A stretch of DNA of 44,272 bases. Origin: Verrucomicrobiota bacterium (GTDB taxonomy: Bacteria; Verrucomicrobiota; Verrucomicrobiia; Limisphaerales; BJHT01). The DNA lies in NCBI GenBank assembly GCA_043757645.1, contig JAYVOY010000555.1, forward strand, positions 1 to 44,272. The letters run 5' to 3'. A program made the position numbers and the translations under genes. Below the pieces are notes generated by a model, which made no database searches, was not told where the DNA came from, and saw only the letters and a list, made by a program, of their open reading frames with translations. Position 1 is the first letter of the stretch; each line of letters starts with the position of its first letter. This document shows, piece after piece, positions 32,896 through 42,826 of the stretch.

Positions 32896-33912
32896 ATGCC
32901 AATACGTCTAGCTCCATTCGAAAAACCCAAACGGCTGCAAAAGGAAGATGCAACCGCGACCGATGTCTATGCCAAGTTCGTCGCCGAACCGTTTGAATCT
33001 GGCTACGGTCACACCATCGGTAACTCGCTGCGCCGCGTGCTCCTTTCCTCACTGGAAGGCGCCGCCGCCACGTCGATCAAGATCGACAAGGTGATGCACG
33101 AGTTCGCGATTGTCGAAGGCGTGCAGGAAGACGTGACGGACATTGTCCTGAACGTTAAGAAGATTCTTTTCAAAGCCCACACGCGCGAACCGCAGACGCT
33201 GATCCTATCGGTTAACAAGGATGGCGCGGTGACGGCGGGCGACATCGAATTGAATCAAAACATCGAGGTTGTGAACCCCAAGCAATTGATTTGCACGCTC
33301 GATAAGAAGAAGAAGTTCACAATGGAGTTCGAAGTCAAGATCGGGCGCGGTTTCTGCCCCGGCGACGAGAACAAGAAGCTGGAGCAGTCCATCGGAGTTA
33401 TCGCGGTGGATTCCCTATTCTCGCCGGTGACGCGCGTGCGTTATGCGGTTGAAAATGCCCGTGTCGGGCAACGCACCGACTATGATCGTCTGGTCTTGGA
33501 AGTGTGGACCGACGGCCGGATTACCCCGGATGATGCGCTGCTCCAATCGTCTGCGATTCTCCAGCATCATCTGGATGTCTTCGTTGGATACGACAAGAAC
33601 GCGATTGAGTTCGAGCAGGTCGAGACCAAGCAGGACGACGAGAAGGCCAAGCTCAAGAAACTGCTCAACATGAGCGTGAATGAGATCGAGCTGTCGGTCC
33701 GCGCGGCGAACTGTCTCAATAACGCCAACATCACCTCGGTTGGCCAACTGGCCATGAAGACTGAGGCGGAAATGCTGAAGTATAGGAATTTCGGCAAGAA
33801 ATCCCTGAACGAAATCAAAGACAAACTGACCGGCCTCGGTCTGAGTCTGGGAATGACTTTCGACGCTGCGTTGCTCGAGGCACCCAAGGAAGAAGCCGTG
33901 CCGAAGGAATAA
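32896..33912 (+). CDS. rpoA: DNA-directed RNA polymerase subunit alpha
   Basis: ..EPFESGYGHTIGNSLRRVLLSSLEGAA.. (N-terminal domain) and ..ELSVRAANCLNNANITSVGQL.. (C-terminal domain). Confidence 0.98.
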   Translation: MPIRLAPFEKPKRLQKEDATATDVYAKFVAEPFESGYGHTIGNSLRRVLLSSLEGAAATSIKIDKVMHEFAIVEGVQEDVTDIVLNVKKILFKAHTREPQTLILSVNKDGAVTAGDIELNQNIEVVNPKQLICTLDKKKKFTMEFEVKIGRGFCPGDENKKLEQSIGVIAVDSLFSPVTRVRYAVENARVGQRTDYDRLVLEVWTDGRITPDDALLQSSAILQHHLDVFVGYDKNAIEFEQVETKQDDEKAKLKKLLNMSVNEIELSVRAANCLNNANITSVGQLAMKTEAEMLKYRNFGKKSLNEIKDKLTGLGLSLGMTFDAALLEAPKEEAVPKE

Positions 33913-33922
33913 GGTATTTAGT

Positions 33923-34396
33923 ATGCGACATCTTAAGAGAACAGCAAAACTTGGCCGCACGGGCGAACATCGCAACGCGATGCTGGCCAATATGGTTTGC
34001 AGCCTGATCAAGCATAAGCGCGTCACCACCACCCTGGCGAAAGCCAAGGCGGTGCGCTCGGTCGCTGAAAAGATGGTCACGCTCGGCAAGAGCGGCAGTC
34101 TCCATGACCGCCGACTTGTGGCGGCGCGGCTGCGGCAACAACCGCGGAGCCATTTCGTCGGCACACCGACGTTGAAGGGCAAAACCGTCCGCGAGAAGTG
34201 GCGCTTGGAAGAGGACGTGGTGCGCATCCTGTTCGAGGACATTGCGCCCAAGTTCAAAGAGCGCCGCGGCGGTTACACCCGCATCGTGAGGCTCGGACCG
34301 CGCCAGGGTGATGTCGCCCAGATGGCGATCTTGGAGTTCGTCGAGGAAACGGGACCGGTGGCTGCCGCCGAGACGACTTCGGCCGCGACTGCCTGA
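33923..34396 (+). CDS. rplQ: 50S ribosomal protein L17 (with internal insertion)
   Basis: MRHLKRTAKLGRTGEHRNAMLANMV.. ..RRGGYTRIVRLGPRQGDVAQMAILEFV.. canonical L17 ends; 157 aa. Confidence 0.96.
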   Translation: MRHLKRTAKLGRTGEHRNAMLANMVCSLIKHKRVTTTLAKAKAVRSVAEKMVTLGKSGSLHDRRLVAARLRQQPRSHFVGTPTLKGKTVREKWRLEEDVVRILFEDIAPKFKERRGGYTRIVRLGPRQGDVAQMAILEFVEETGPVAAAETTSAATA

Positions 34397-34418
34397 GTTT
34401 CCATGTCTGATTTCGAAA

Positions 34419-34452
34419 GGCCCGTTCGCTTGCGGACGGGCCCTTTTCTTTG
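34419..34452 (+). terminator. intrinsic terminator closing the ribosomal array
   Basis: 10-bp stem ggcccgttcg(cttg)cggacgggcc (one G-U pair), followed by cttttctttg. Confidence 0.75.
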
Positions 34453-34531
34453 GACGATTTGAAAATATGCCTTGCTCGATTTTTGTGGATATGGCCTAAG
34501 ATTACCTCCATACTGTTAATCCGATCAGCCT

Positions 34532-35950
34532 ATGAGTTCCGCGCAAAACACACCTCCCACTGATACGGACCCTTGGTGGCACGGCTTGACACGCTATCAT
34601 TGGTTCGTATTCGCAATGGCTTGTTTGGCGTGGATGTTCGACTGCCTAGATCAGCAGTTGTTTATCATAGCCAGAAACCCGGCGATTGCGGATTTGCTCC
34701 CCAAGGGTTCCCTGTCGGATTTGCAGAAAGTGTGGGGAGGATATGCGACGTCTATTTTTGTGGCTGGTTGGGCAACCGGGGGGCTTCTATTCGGGGCGAT
34801 GGGGGATCGGATAGGGCGTGCTCGGACCCTTACTATCACGGTGTTATTGTATTCGGTTTTCACCGGTCTATCTGCTTTTTCCCAGTCCGTTTACGATTTT
34901 TGTCTTTATCGATTTGTGACTGGTTTGGGTGTGGGTGGAGTTTTTGGTTTGTCAGTGGCACTGGTGGCGGACGCTTTACCGGATCGTTCGCGCTCTAACG
35001 CCCTTGGATTGCTTCAGTCATTGTCGGCGGTGGGAAATATAACTGCCGGATTGATCGCCGTGGTGGTTGGTTATAGTCAGGTGGCGGCGGTGCAAGGTGG
35101 GGCGAAACCGGCGGGTGATTTTTGGAAGTATCTTTTCTGGGTCGGTGCCGCCCCCGCTTTTCTATGTGTATTTATTCAGGTGCGATTGAAGGAGCCGGAA
35201 AAGTGGCGCGCCGCTCGTGAGGCGGGACGGCTGACTGGCGTTAAGTTTGGATCTTATGGGTCACTTTTTGGTGAGGCTCGCTGGCGTAAATCCGCACTGC
35301 TGGGGATGATGCTTTGTGTTGCCGGAGTGGTTGGACTCTGGGGTGTCGGCTTTTTTAGTCCTGAATTGGTCGGCGACGTGATCGGTAAGCAGTTAAAGGC
35401 GGAGAATTTGCCCGCGGGTCAGGTGCCGGGGAAGCGCCTAATGTGGACCGGAATTACCATGATTATGCAGAATATAGGGGCGTTTTTTGGGATGATGGTT
35501 TTCACCAAACTCGCCCAGAGATTTGGCCGTAAGCCTATTTTTGCGCTCGCATTCATTGCGGCGTTTTTGAGCACTGTGATGGTGTTCCAATTTCTCAACC
35601 AACCGTGGCACATCTTTGTGCTCATCCCTATTATGGGATTCTGTCAGTTGGCGCTGTTTGCCGGTTTCGCGATTTATTTGCCGGAACTCTTTCCAACCCG
35701 CCTGCGGAGTACGGGGGTTAGCTTTTGCTACAACGTGGGCCGATTCATCGCGGCGAGCGGGCCGTTTACGATGGGAATTTTGCAAGCCAGACTGGCTGCG
35801 GGCGCGGTTACCGCGGATGCCAAGTTAGAAGCGTTTCGGACAGCCTGTAGTTGGGTGAGCCTAGTCTTTCTGGTTGGTTTGATTGCGCTATATTTCTTGC
35901 CTGAAACCAAGGGGCGACCAATGCCCGAAGATATTCTGGCGAAGGCGTAG
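34532..35950 (+). CDS. MFS transporter (substrate unknown)
   Basis: 472 aa with about 12 hydrophobic segments; MFS motif-A-like GAMGDRIGRARTL between TM2 and TM3. Confidence 0.85.
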   Translation: MSSAQNTPPTDTDPWWHGLTRYHWFVFAMACLAWMFDCLDQQLFIIARNPAIADLLPKGSLSDLQKVWGGYATSIFVAGWATGGLLFGAMGDRIGRARTLTITVLLYSVFTGLSAFSQSVYDFCLYRFVTGLGVGGVFGLSVALVADALPDRSRSNALGLLQSLSAVGNITAGLIAVVVGYSQVAAVQGGAKPAGDFWKYLFWVGAAPAFLCVFIQVRLKEPEKWRAAREAGRLTGVKFGSYGSLFGEARWRKSALLGMMLCVAGVVGLWGVGFFSPELVGDVIGKQLKAENLPAGQVPGKRLMWTGITMIMQNIGAFFGMMVFTKLAQRFGRKPIFALAFIAAFLSTVMVFQFLNQPWHIFVLIPIMGFCQLALFAGFAIYLPELFPTRLRSTGVSFCYNVGRFIAASGPFTMGILQARLAAGAVTADAKLEAFRTACSWVSLVFLVGLIALYFLPETKGRPMPEDILAKA

Positions 35951-35974
35951 TTCGGTGCCTGCATTGGCAATCGG

Positions 35975-36010
35975 CGGTTGGCGCGGGCGACTCGCCGGTG
36001 CCAACCGTTT
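35975..36010 (+). terminator. nested hairpin after the MFS gene
   Basis: cggttggc...gccaaccg (8 bp) encloses ggcga(c)tcgcc, followed by tttcc. The T-run is weak. Confidence 0.35.
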
Positions 36011-36052
36011 CCAATTCGGAGTTCGGGCTGAAGCGTCTTCGGAACTCCCCCC

Positions 36053-36090
36053 GAAAAAATAAAAAGCGCCCGCGTTGCCGCGGACGCTTT
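36053..36090. terminator. bidirectional terminator candidate between convergent genes
   Basis: Stem agcg-c-ccgcg(ttgc)cgcgg-a-cgct is flanked by aaaaaataaaaa upstream and ttt downstream. On the minus strand the A-tract reads as a T-run after the oxidoreductase gene. Confidence 0.5.
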
Positions 36091-36122
36091 CGTGGCGTGG
36101 CCGAGTTTCCCCGACCGAAGTT

Positions 36123-37271
36123 TTATTTGGTCTGCTTGACCTTTTCCCAGCGGCCCGTCTTGGCGGACTTGAGCACGGCGTCGGTGACGTAGTCGGTCGC
36201 GAGGCCATCCTTGAAATCGGGTTTCGCGCCCGTGCCGTCTTGAAGGCCCTTGATGAAGTCGGCGACTTGATGGACGAAGGTTTCGGCGTAACCGATCGCG
36301 AGGCCGGGCACCCACCAGTTCTTCATGTAGGGATGATCGCCGTCGGTGATGTGAACGGATTTCCAGCCGCGGATTTTGCTTTCGTCCTTGTAGTCGAACA
36401 CCTGCAAGCGATGCAGGTCATGCAGATCCCACGCGAGCGAGCCGTTCTCGCCGTTGATTTCCAGCGTGTAGAGCGCCTTGTGCCCGCGCGCGTAGCGGGT
36501 GGATTCAAACGTCGCCAGCGAACCGTTGCCGAAGCGCGCGAGGAACAGGCTCGCGTCGTCGATCGTGACCTTCTCGACCTTGCCGGTGAGCGTGTGTTTG
36601 CGCTCCTTGATGAAGGTCTCGGTCGTGGCGGTGACGCTCGAAATTCCGCCGTTGAGCCACATCGCGGTGTCGATGCAATGCGCGAGCAAATCGCCCGTGA
36701 CGCCGGAGCCGGCGACCTTCGCGTCGAGCCGCCAGAGGCCCGCGCCGCCCTGCGGGAGGTCGGCGTTGATGGTCCAGTCTTGAAGGAACTTCGCGCGGTA
36801 ATGGAAGATTTTCCCGAGGCGGCCCTCATCGATGAGCTGCTTGGCGAGCGTGACGGCGGGGATGCGGCGGTAGTTGTACCAAACCATGTTCGGCACTTTC
36901 GCCTTCTCGACGGCCTTCACCATTTTCTCGGCGTCGGGGCCGGTGATGGCGAGGGGCTTTTCGCAGAGAATCGCCTTGCCCGCCTTGGCGGCGGCGATGG
37001 CGATCTCGGCGTGGACATTGTTCGGCGCGGCGATGTCGATGACGTCGATGTCGTCGCGCTCGACGAGTTTGCGCCAGTCGGTCTCGATGGAGGCGTAGCC
37101 CCATTGCGCGGCGAAGGCCTTGGCTTTCTCGGCGTCGCGCGCGCAGACGGCCTGGAGGACGGGTTGGTAGTCGAGGTCAAAAAAGTTTTTGACCTGCGTG
37201 AACGCGTTGGAGTGGGTGCGGCCCATGAAGCCGTAGCCGATGAGACCGATGCGGAGGTTTTTTTTTGCCAT
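36123..37271 (-). CDS. Gfo/Idh/MocA-family NAD(P)-dependent oxidoreductase
   Basis: [24 protein letters not shown].. (Rossmann GxGxxG) ..ILCEKPLA.. family signature; 382 aa from the ATG at 37271. Confidence 0.88.
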   Translation of the reverse strand: MAKKNLRIGLIGYGFMGRTHSNAFTQVKNFFDLDYQPVLQAVCARDAEKAKAFAAQWGYASIETDWRKLVERDDIDVIDIAAPNNVHAEIAIAAAKAGKAILCEKPLAITGPDAEKMVKAVEKAKVPNMVWYNYRRIPAVTLAKQLIDEGRLGKIFHYRAKFLQDWTINADLPQGGAGLWRLDAKVAGSGVTGDLLAHCIDTAMWLNGGISSVTATTETFIKERKHTLTGKVEKVTIDDASLFLARFGNGSLATFESTRYARGHKALYTLEINGENGSLAWDLHDLHRLQVFDYKDESKIRGWKSVHITDGDHPYMKNWWVPGLAIGYAETFVHQVADFIKGLQDGTGAKPDFKDGLATDYVTDAVLKSAKTGRWEKVKQTK

Positions 37272-37353
37272 AATGGGTTTGGTGTTTTTCGCTGAGTTCA
37301 AGATGCCGGCGAGCCGCTGGCACAAATTGGTTTTGAATTAGATGCGATGCGGG

Positions 37354-37689
37354 TCAGGCGTTTTCCTTGAGCCAAGTGCGCACTTGATCGTGATTGCCGA
37401 CCATCTGGAGTTGGAGAATGCGCTCTTCCCGCGCCAGGACGAAAACGACGCGAAGGTCGCGTGACAAACGGAACTCGAAGACCGCGCCACGGAGCCGACG
37501 AATGCCCAAGCCCGCGTGCGCGTGCGGGTGACCGATGCCGTCGCGAAGCTGAACGAGTCGGCGGACAAGATCAGCAACTTCGTCATCGGTGAGTTCCTTG
37601 GCCCAGCGTTTCCACGAGGACGCGAGTTCAACCGCGAAGACTGGCGGCGGTTCCGTCCCAGACTTTGGCTTTGCCGGTTTTGTGCTCAT
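37354..37689 (-). CDS. RelE/ParE-superfamily type II toxin (putative)
   Basis: The C-terminal ..GIRRLRGAVFEFRLSRDLRVVFVLAREERILQLQMVGNHDQV.. resembles the RelE/ParE core pattern (..L.G...yR.R.gdyRviy......i.vl.vghR..vY). It is small and sits immediately downstream of an antitoxin-like ORF. The only in-frame start is the ATG at 37689. Confidence 0.6.
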   Translation of the reverse strand: MSTKPAKPKSGTEPPPVFAVELASSWKRWAKELTDDEVADLVRRLVQLRDGIGHPHAHAGLGIRRLRGAVFEFRLSRDLRVVFVLAREERILQLQMVGNHDQVRTWLKENA

Positions 37690-37924
37690 GGTGCGCCTGC
37701 CGCTCGAGTTTCCGTGTCGCGCGGTCGAGCGTTTTTGGAGGCAACGCGTAGTCGGAAAGCACCTCGTCACCGCCGCGTTCGCTCACCGCGCGCAGTGCGA
37801 CCACTTGCCCGCGCCAAACGATGCCAACATCCTTGCCCGCCAGCGCCTGAGTGAGCAGGGAGCCAAGGCTTTGCCGAGCGGCGCTGGCGGTGAGGGTTTT
37901 CACAAAGGTGACAACCGATGACAA
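37628..37924 (-). CDS. Phd/YefM-like type II antitoxin (putative)
   Basis: N-terminus (V)KTLTASAARQSLGSLLTQALAGKDVGIVWRGQVVALRAV has the typical antitoxin beginning. The start is either TTG at 37924 or GTG at 37903. It overlaps the toxin ORF. Confidence 0.55.
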   Translation of the reverse strand: MSSVVTFVKTLTASAARQSLGSLLTQALAGKDVGIVWRGQVVALRAVSERGGDEVLSDYALPPKTLDRATRKLERQAHHEHKTGKAKVWDGTAASLRG

Positions 37925-37937
37925 TGACCGCCGCGCC

Positions 37938-38978
<1,041 letters not shown>

Positions 38979-39155
38979 GGATTTTTCCTGTGGCTCAAAG
39001 GGTGAAACAAACGGCTGAAATCATTTGTGCGCGTGGTTGAAAACGGTCTGCCTTGTGTGCCGAAAAGGAGTGGTGACCGCAAGGAAACATTTTCTCGCAG
39101 AACCGAAGTGGAGCGCGGCTGTGCGCGCGGCACCAGTCGCATTCGGCCATCGCCC

Positions 39156-39309
39156 CGGAACGCCACCGTCCCGGCGGCTCTGCGCATCCGAACCCCGCAG
39201 CCGCGCGCGGAGACCAAGGGGCTTCCCCGGCGAAACGAACGGAACCGCCACGGACTGGCCGACCCTGCGGACCGGTCACGCCGTGAGCCGCCGGGACGGC
39301 GGCGGTCCG
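39156..39309. repeat. composite inverted-repeat element 1 (34-nt unit in minus orientation, 86-nt spacer, 34-nt unit in plus orientation)
   Basis: Right unit, 39276-39309: tcacgccgtgagccgccgggacggcggcggtccg. Left unit, 39156-39189, matches its reverse complement at 26/34 positions. Confidence 0.7.
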
Positions 39310-39346
39310 AAGACCAACCGATGCGGAGCGCTCTCCTTCGCCCCCC

Positions 39347-39384
39347 AAAAAAGAAAAAAGGGCCGGGCGTCGCCGCCAGGCCCC
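39347..39384 (-). terminator. intrinsic terminator of the DUF1080 gene
   Basis: On the minus strand: gggcc-t-ggcg(gcga)cgcc-c-ggccc (10 bp, one mismatch), followed by ttttttcttttttgggggg. Confidence 0.7.
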
Positions 39385-39406
39385 GCGTGCAAACATCAGG
39401 AAAAAA

Positions 39407-40237
39407 TCACGGCTCGTCGTAACCCTTCAGCGGGCGCGCCCAGATGTTGCGATAGCGCACGGGATCGCCGTGGTCCTGCATTTTCAGCGGTCCCTTTTCC
39501 GCGTGCGCTGAGTACTTGGCGAGGGTCCGGTGACCGCTCGCGCCGAGGAGTTCCTTGCGATTGTGAACCAGCACACCGTTGTGGAAGGCCGTGACGGCGG
39601 CGGGCGATTCGAGTTTGCCGTCCTTGAAACGCGGCGCGATGAACACCACGTCGTACACCTGCCATTCGCCCGGCGGACGCGAGGCGTTCACGAGCGGCGG
39701 GGACTGGCCGTAGAGCGACGCGGCCTGGCCGTCGGGATAGGTCGGGTTGTTGTGACTGTCGAGCACTTGAAACTCGTAGCGACCGAAGAAAAACACGCCG
39801 CTGTTGCCGCGCCCCTGGCTGTCACCTTTCGGCGGATTCGGCGTCGCGAATTCGATGTGGAGTTGCACGTCTCCAAATTCGTCCTGCGAGAAAATATCGC
39901 CGCCGTTCGGGGTGCCGCGCGGGGGCACTTGCAGCGCGCCGTCCTTCAACACCCAGCCCGTCGGATTGCCCTTCGCATCGCGCCACTTCGACAGATCGGT
40001 GCCGTCGAACAACACGATCGCGTCGGAGGGCGGCTTGCCCGGCTGCTCCGCCGTGCTGAACGTGCCGGGCGTGACGACCGTGGGCTGCGGGCGCAGGCCG
40101 TCATGCACGTGCCATTTGCCGTCGGGGAGCAGCGGCGTGTCTTGATATCCGATCGGTTTCTTTTCGCCATCCGCGGCGAACGCGGGGAGCGCGGTGCCGG
40201 CCACCATGAGGGCCAGGAGCCAGGTCTGAGTTTTCAT
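39407..40237 (-). CDS. secreted DUF1080 / 3-keto-disaccharide-hydrolase-domain protein
   Basis: Signal peptide MKTQTWLLALMVAGTALPAFAADGE; ..GWVLKDGAL.. ..GDVQLHIEF.. ..GNSGVFFFGRYEFQVLD.. ..VFHNGVLVHN.. ..PLKMQDHGDPVRYRNIWARPL are typical DUF1080 blocks. The ATG at 40237 was confirmed. Confidence 0.85.
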   Translation of the reverse strand: MKTQTWLLALMVAGTALPAFAADGEKKPIGYQDTPLLPDGKWHVHDGLRPQPTVVTPGTFSTAEQPGKPPSDAIVLFDGTDLSKWRDAKGNPTGWVLKDGALQVPPRGTPNGGDIFSQDEFGDVQLHIEFATPNPPKGDSQGRGNSGVFFFGRYEFQVLDSHNNPTYPDGQAASLYGQSPPLVNASRPPGEWQVYDVVFIAPRFKDGKLESPAAVTAFHNGVLVHNRKELLGASGHRTLAKYSAHAEKGPLKMQDHGDPVRYRNIWARPLKGYDEP

Positions 40238-40423
40238 GCAATTTTGTTTGCTGGGTTCGAGTTGCTGCCCGCGGTTCGCGCTCCGCCGCCGAGACGACGG
40301 CAAATGAACGGGACACGCCCGCGATGCTTGCCGTCTTGGGTAACACCGCCCCGGCGGCGTGGCAAGCGGGCGCGGGGCGGCGCTCAAAGGGCAAAACTCA
40401 AAGCTCACCCGTAACCATGCAGT

Positions 40424-40582
40424 AGGAGCGCCGCCGTCTCGGCGGCTCACACCGTCCCACTGGGGCGGACGCGCATATTTTCCGCCGCGCAAAACGTTCA
40501 CTGAATGGGGAAGCAAAAGTTGCAGTGCGAATGGCCCGCGCGGACTTCTCACGCCGTGAGCCGCCGAGACGGCGGCGGTCCG
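40424..40582. repeat. composite inverted-repeat element 2 (34-nt unit in minus orientation, 91-nt spacer, 34-nt unit in plus orientation)
   Basis: Right unit, 40549-40582: tcacgccgtgagccgccgagacggcggcggtccg, 33/34 identical to the unit at 39276-39309. Left unit, 40424-40457, matches its reverse complement at 28/34, with a perfect 22-nt core gtgagccgccgagacggcggcg. Confidence 0.75.
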
Positions 40583-40825
40583 CCCATTGCATTGTTTCGG
40601 CTCAGGGGAAGGACCAGGAACCAAACGAAGCGCGGAGCATTGGGTCGCCAAAAAATGATCCCAACCGGGCCACGACGCAGGGTGCTTGGAACTGGGTCCT
40701 TCCCTCGAGCTTTGCGCTTTGTGCTTGGCGCTTCATTCCACCCGCACTGCACCGCGCGCGTTTCGCCACGCCGATTTCACCTGCAACGCCGCGCCAAACG
40801 CGGCACGCTGCGCGGCAACAAAATT

Positions 40826-41614
40826 ATGGAAATCAAAGGAAAAGCCGCCGTCGTCACCGGAGCCAGTCGTGGAGTCGGGCGCGCCACCGCGCTGCTGCTG
40901 GCGCGCGGCGGTTGCGATGTGGCGATCAATTACCGCCACTCCCGCGCGGAGGCCGAGGCCGTCGCGGTCGAGGCGCGCGCGTTGGGCGTGCGCGCGATCG
41001 CGGTCGCGGGCGATGTGGCGCGCGACGCGGATTGCCGCGCGCTCGTGGCCGCCGCGGTGCGAGAATTCGGCCGCCTCGACATTCTCGTGAACAACGCCGG
41101 CACGACGCGTTTCATCGCGCACAGTCAGTTGGAGGAAGTCACGGACGCCGATTGGGAAAATATTTTCGGCGTGAATGTAAAGAGCGTTTTCCAATGCACG
41201 CGCGCCGCGCGGACGCATCTCGAAGCGTCGGGCAACGGCGCGGTTGTGAATGTCGCCAGCGTCGCGGGCCTCGCGGGGACGGGCAGTTCGATCCCTTACT
41301 GCGCCTCGAAGGCGGCGGTGATCAATCTCACGATTTCGCTGGCCCGCGTGCTCGGGCCGAAGGTGCGGGTCAACGCCGTCGCGCCCGGATTCATCGCCGG
41401 CGAATGGCTGCAAAAAGGCCTCGGTGCCGCGTATGAGGATTCCAAGGCCGCGCGCGAACGCTTCGCGGTGCTGGGGAAAGTGTGCCGGCCCGAGGACATC
41501 GCGGCGGCAATTTTAGGTTTCCTCACCGGCTCGGATTTGGTCACCGGTCAAACGCTCGTCGTGGACGGCGGCACCTTGATTGGGCCGAAGACCGAGGGCC
41601 TCGCGCTGCGGTGA
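40826..41614 (+). CDS. short-chain dehydrogenase/reductase (FabG-like)
   Basis: MEIKGKAAVVTGASRGVGRATALLLA.. (TGxxxGxG), NNAG, catalytic S..YCASKAA; 262 aa from the ATG at 40826. Confidence 0.9.
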   Translation: MEIKGKAAVVTGASRGVGRATALLLARGGCDVAINYRHSRAEAEAVAVEARALGVRAIAVAGDVARDADCRALVAAAVREFGRLDILVNNAGTTRFIAHSQLEEVTDADWENIFGVNVKSVFQCTRAARTHLEASGNGAVVNVASVAGLAGTGSSIPYCASKAAVINLTISLARVLGPKVRVNAVAPGFIAGEWLQKGLGAAYEDSKAARERFAVLGKVCRPEDIAAAILGFLTGSDLVTGQTLVVDGGTLIGPKTEGLALR

Positions 41615-41639
41615 CGCGCGGCGCGGCGCGGCGCGCGCA

Positions 41640-41660
41640 CCATTTCGGAAATCGAAATGG
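41640..41660. terminator. AT-rich hairpin between convergent SDR and tdh genes (weak terminator candidate)
   Basis: ccatttcg(gaaat)cgaaatgg, an 8-bp stem with no clear T-run; preceded by a (gcgcg)n tract. Confidence 0.25.
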
Positions 41661-41671
41661 CGAACTCGTTT

Positions 41672-42697
41672 TCACCGCCAGTCGAGAATCACCTTGCCGG
41701 ACTGGCCGGAGTTCATCGCGGCGAAGCCTTTTTCAAACTCGGTGTGGTGAAAGCGGTGCGTGATGACGGGGCGAATGTCGAGGCCGCTCTCGAGCATCAC
41801 GCTCATTTGATACCACGTCTCGTACATCTCGCGGCCGTAAATGCCTTTGATCGTGAGCATGTTGAAAACGACCTTGGTCCAGTCGATCGCGATGGGCGCG
41901 GAGGGAATGCCGAGCATCGCGATGCGGCCGCCGTGGCACATCGCGTCGATCATGCCGCGGAAGGCGTCGGCGTTGCCGCTCATTTCCAGGCCGACATCGA
42001 AGCCCTCCTTCATGCCGAGTTTCGCCTGCACGTCGCGGAGGTTTCCGTGCTTCACGTTGAGGGCGATGGTGGCGCCCATTTCCTTGGCGAGCGCGAGGCG
42101 GTAGTCGTTCACGTCGGTGACAACGATGAAGCGCGCGCCCGCGTGTTTCACAATCGCGGCGGCCATGATGCCGATCGGTCCCGCGCCGGTGATGAGCACA
42201 TCCTCGCCCAGGACGGGAAACGTGAGTGCGGTGTGAACGGCGTTGCCGAAGGGATCGAAAATGGCGGCGACCTCGCGGTCGATGTCGGACTTGTGGTGCC
42301 AGACATTGGTCATCGGCACGGCGATGAATTCGGCGAACGCGCCGGTGCGGTTGACGCCGATGCCGAGCGTGTCTTTGCAGAGGTGGCGGCGGCCCGCGAG
42401 GCAGTTGCGGCAGCGTCCGCACACGACGTGACCCTCGGCGCTGACCACTTCGCCGGGATGAAAATCGCTGACGTTCGCGCCGACCTCGACGACTTCGCCG
42501 ACGAACTCGTGGCCCACGACCATCGGCACCGGGATGGTTTTCTGCGCCCACGCGTCCCAGTTGTAAATGTGCAGGTCGGTGCCGCAGATGCCGGTTTTGT
42601 GGACGCGGATGAGGACGTCGTTGATGCCGGGCGTGGGCGCGGGAACGTCTTCGAGCCAGAGGCCGGCGCGGCGTTCTTTTTTGAGGAGGGCTTTCAT
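41672..42697 (-). CDS. tdh: L-threonine 3-dehydrogenase (zinc-dependent MDR family)
   Basis: [70 protein letters not shown].. is near-collinear with E. coli Tdh and has the same 341-aa length. Confidence 0.9.
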   Translation of the reverse strand: MKALLKKERRAGLWLEDVPAPTPGINDVLIRVHKTGICGTDLHIYNWDAWAQKTIPVPMVVGHEFVGEVVEVGANVSDFHPGEVVSAEGHVVCGRCRNCLAGRRHLCKDTLGIGVNRTGAFAEFIAVPMTNVWHHKSDIDREVAAIFDPFGNAVHTALTFPVLGEDVLITGAGPIGIMAAAIVKHAGARFIVVTDVNDYRLALAKEMGATIALNVKHGNLRDVQAKLGMKEGFDVGLEMSGNADAFRGMIDAMCHGGRIAMLGIPSAPIAIDWTKVVFNMLTIKGIYGREMYETWYQMSVMLESGLDIRPVITHRFHHTEFEKGFAAMNSGQSGKVILDWR

Positions 42698-42788
42698 GGG
42701 AAGCGGGTGTTGTTGGGGAGCGTTGTTAGGCGAGCTGGGGGAAGTTGGCGAGGATGGAAACGCGGTGGGCCGGACGCCTCGGGTATGG

Positions 42789-42826
42789 AGTCCCGCCTTT
42801 AGGCGGCGCGGCGTCCCCACTCGCGA
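42789..42826. repeat. hairpin repeat loosely related to the 34-nt unit
   Basis: ggagtcccgcctttaggcggcgcggcgtccccactcg resembles 40425-40462 (ggagcgccgccgtctcggcggctcacaccgtcccactg) in its ggag start, ccgcc/ggcgg hairpin and cgtccc(c)act end. The alignment is loose. Confidence 0.35.

Noticed and set aside
34532-35950. MFS transporter gene as a horizontally acquired island, based on visibly lower GC and T-rich codons
   Set aside because: secY, another polytopic membrane protein in the conserved core, shows a similar T-rich, lower-GC look. The composition is therefore plausibly due to hydrophobic amino-acid content. No mobility genes or flanking repeats were seen, and no statistic was computed.
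39156-40582. The possibility that the 34-nt repeats are a CRISPR array
   Set aside because: There are only two pairs. Units within a pair are inverted rather than direct, the pairs are separated by a whole gene, and there is no regular repeat-spacer periodicity and no cas genes.
38995-40825. ORFs crossing the repeat-filled spacers (39025-39594 plus, 38995-39396 minus, the N-terminal 107 codons of 40505-41614, the N-terminal 138 codons of 39407-40651). They include a recurring peptide ..HAVSRRDGGGP..
   Set aside because: The recurring peptide is simply the translation of the 34-nt DNA repeat, which also occurs in inverted orientation. The real genes start at internal ATGs with canonical N-termini (MKTQTW.. 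signal peptide; MEIKGKAAVVTGAS..).
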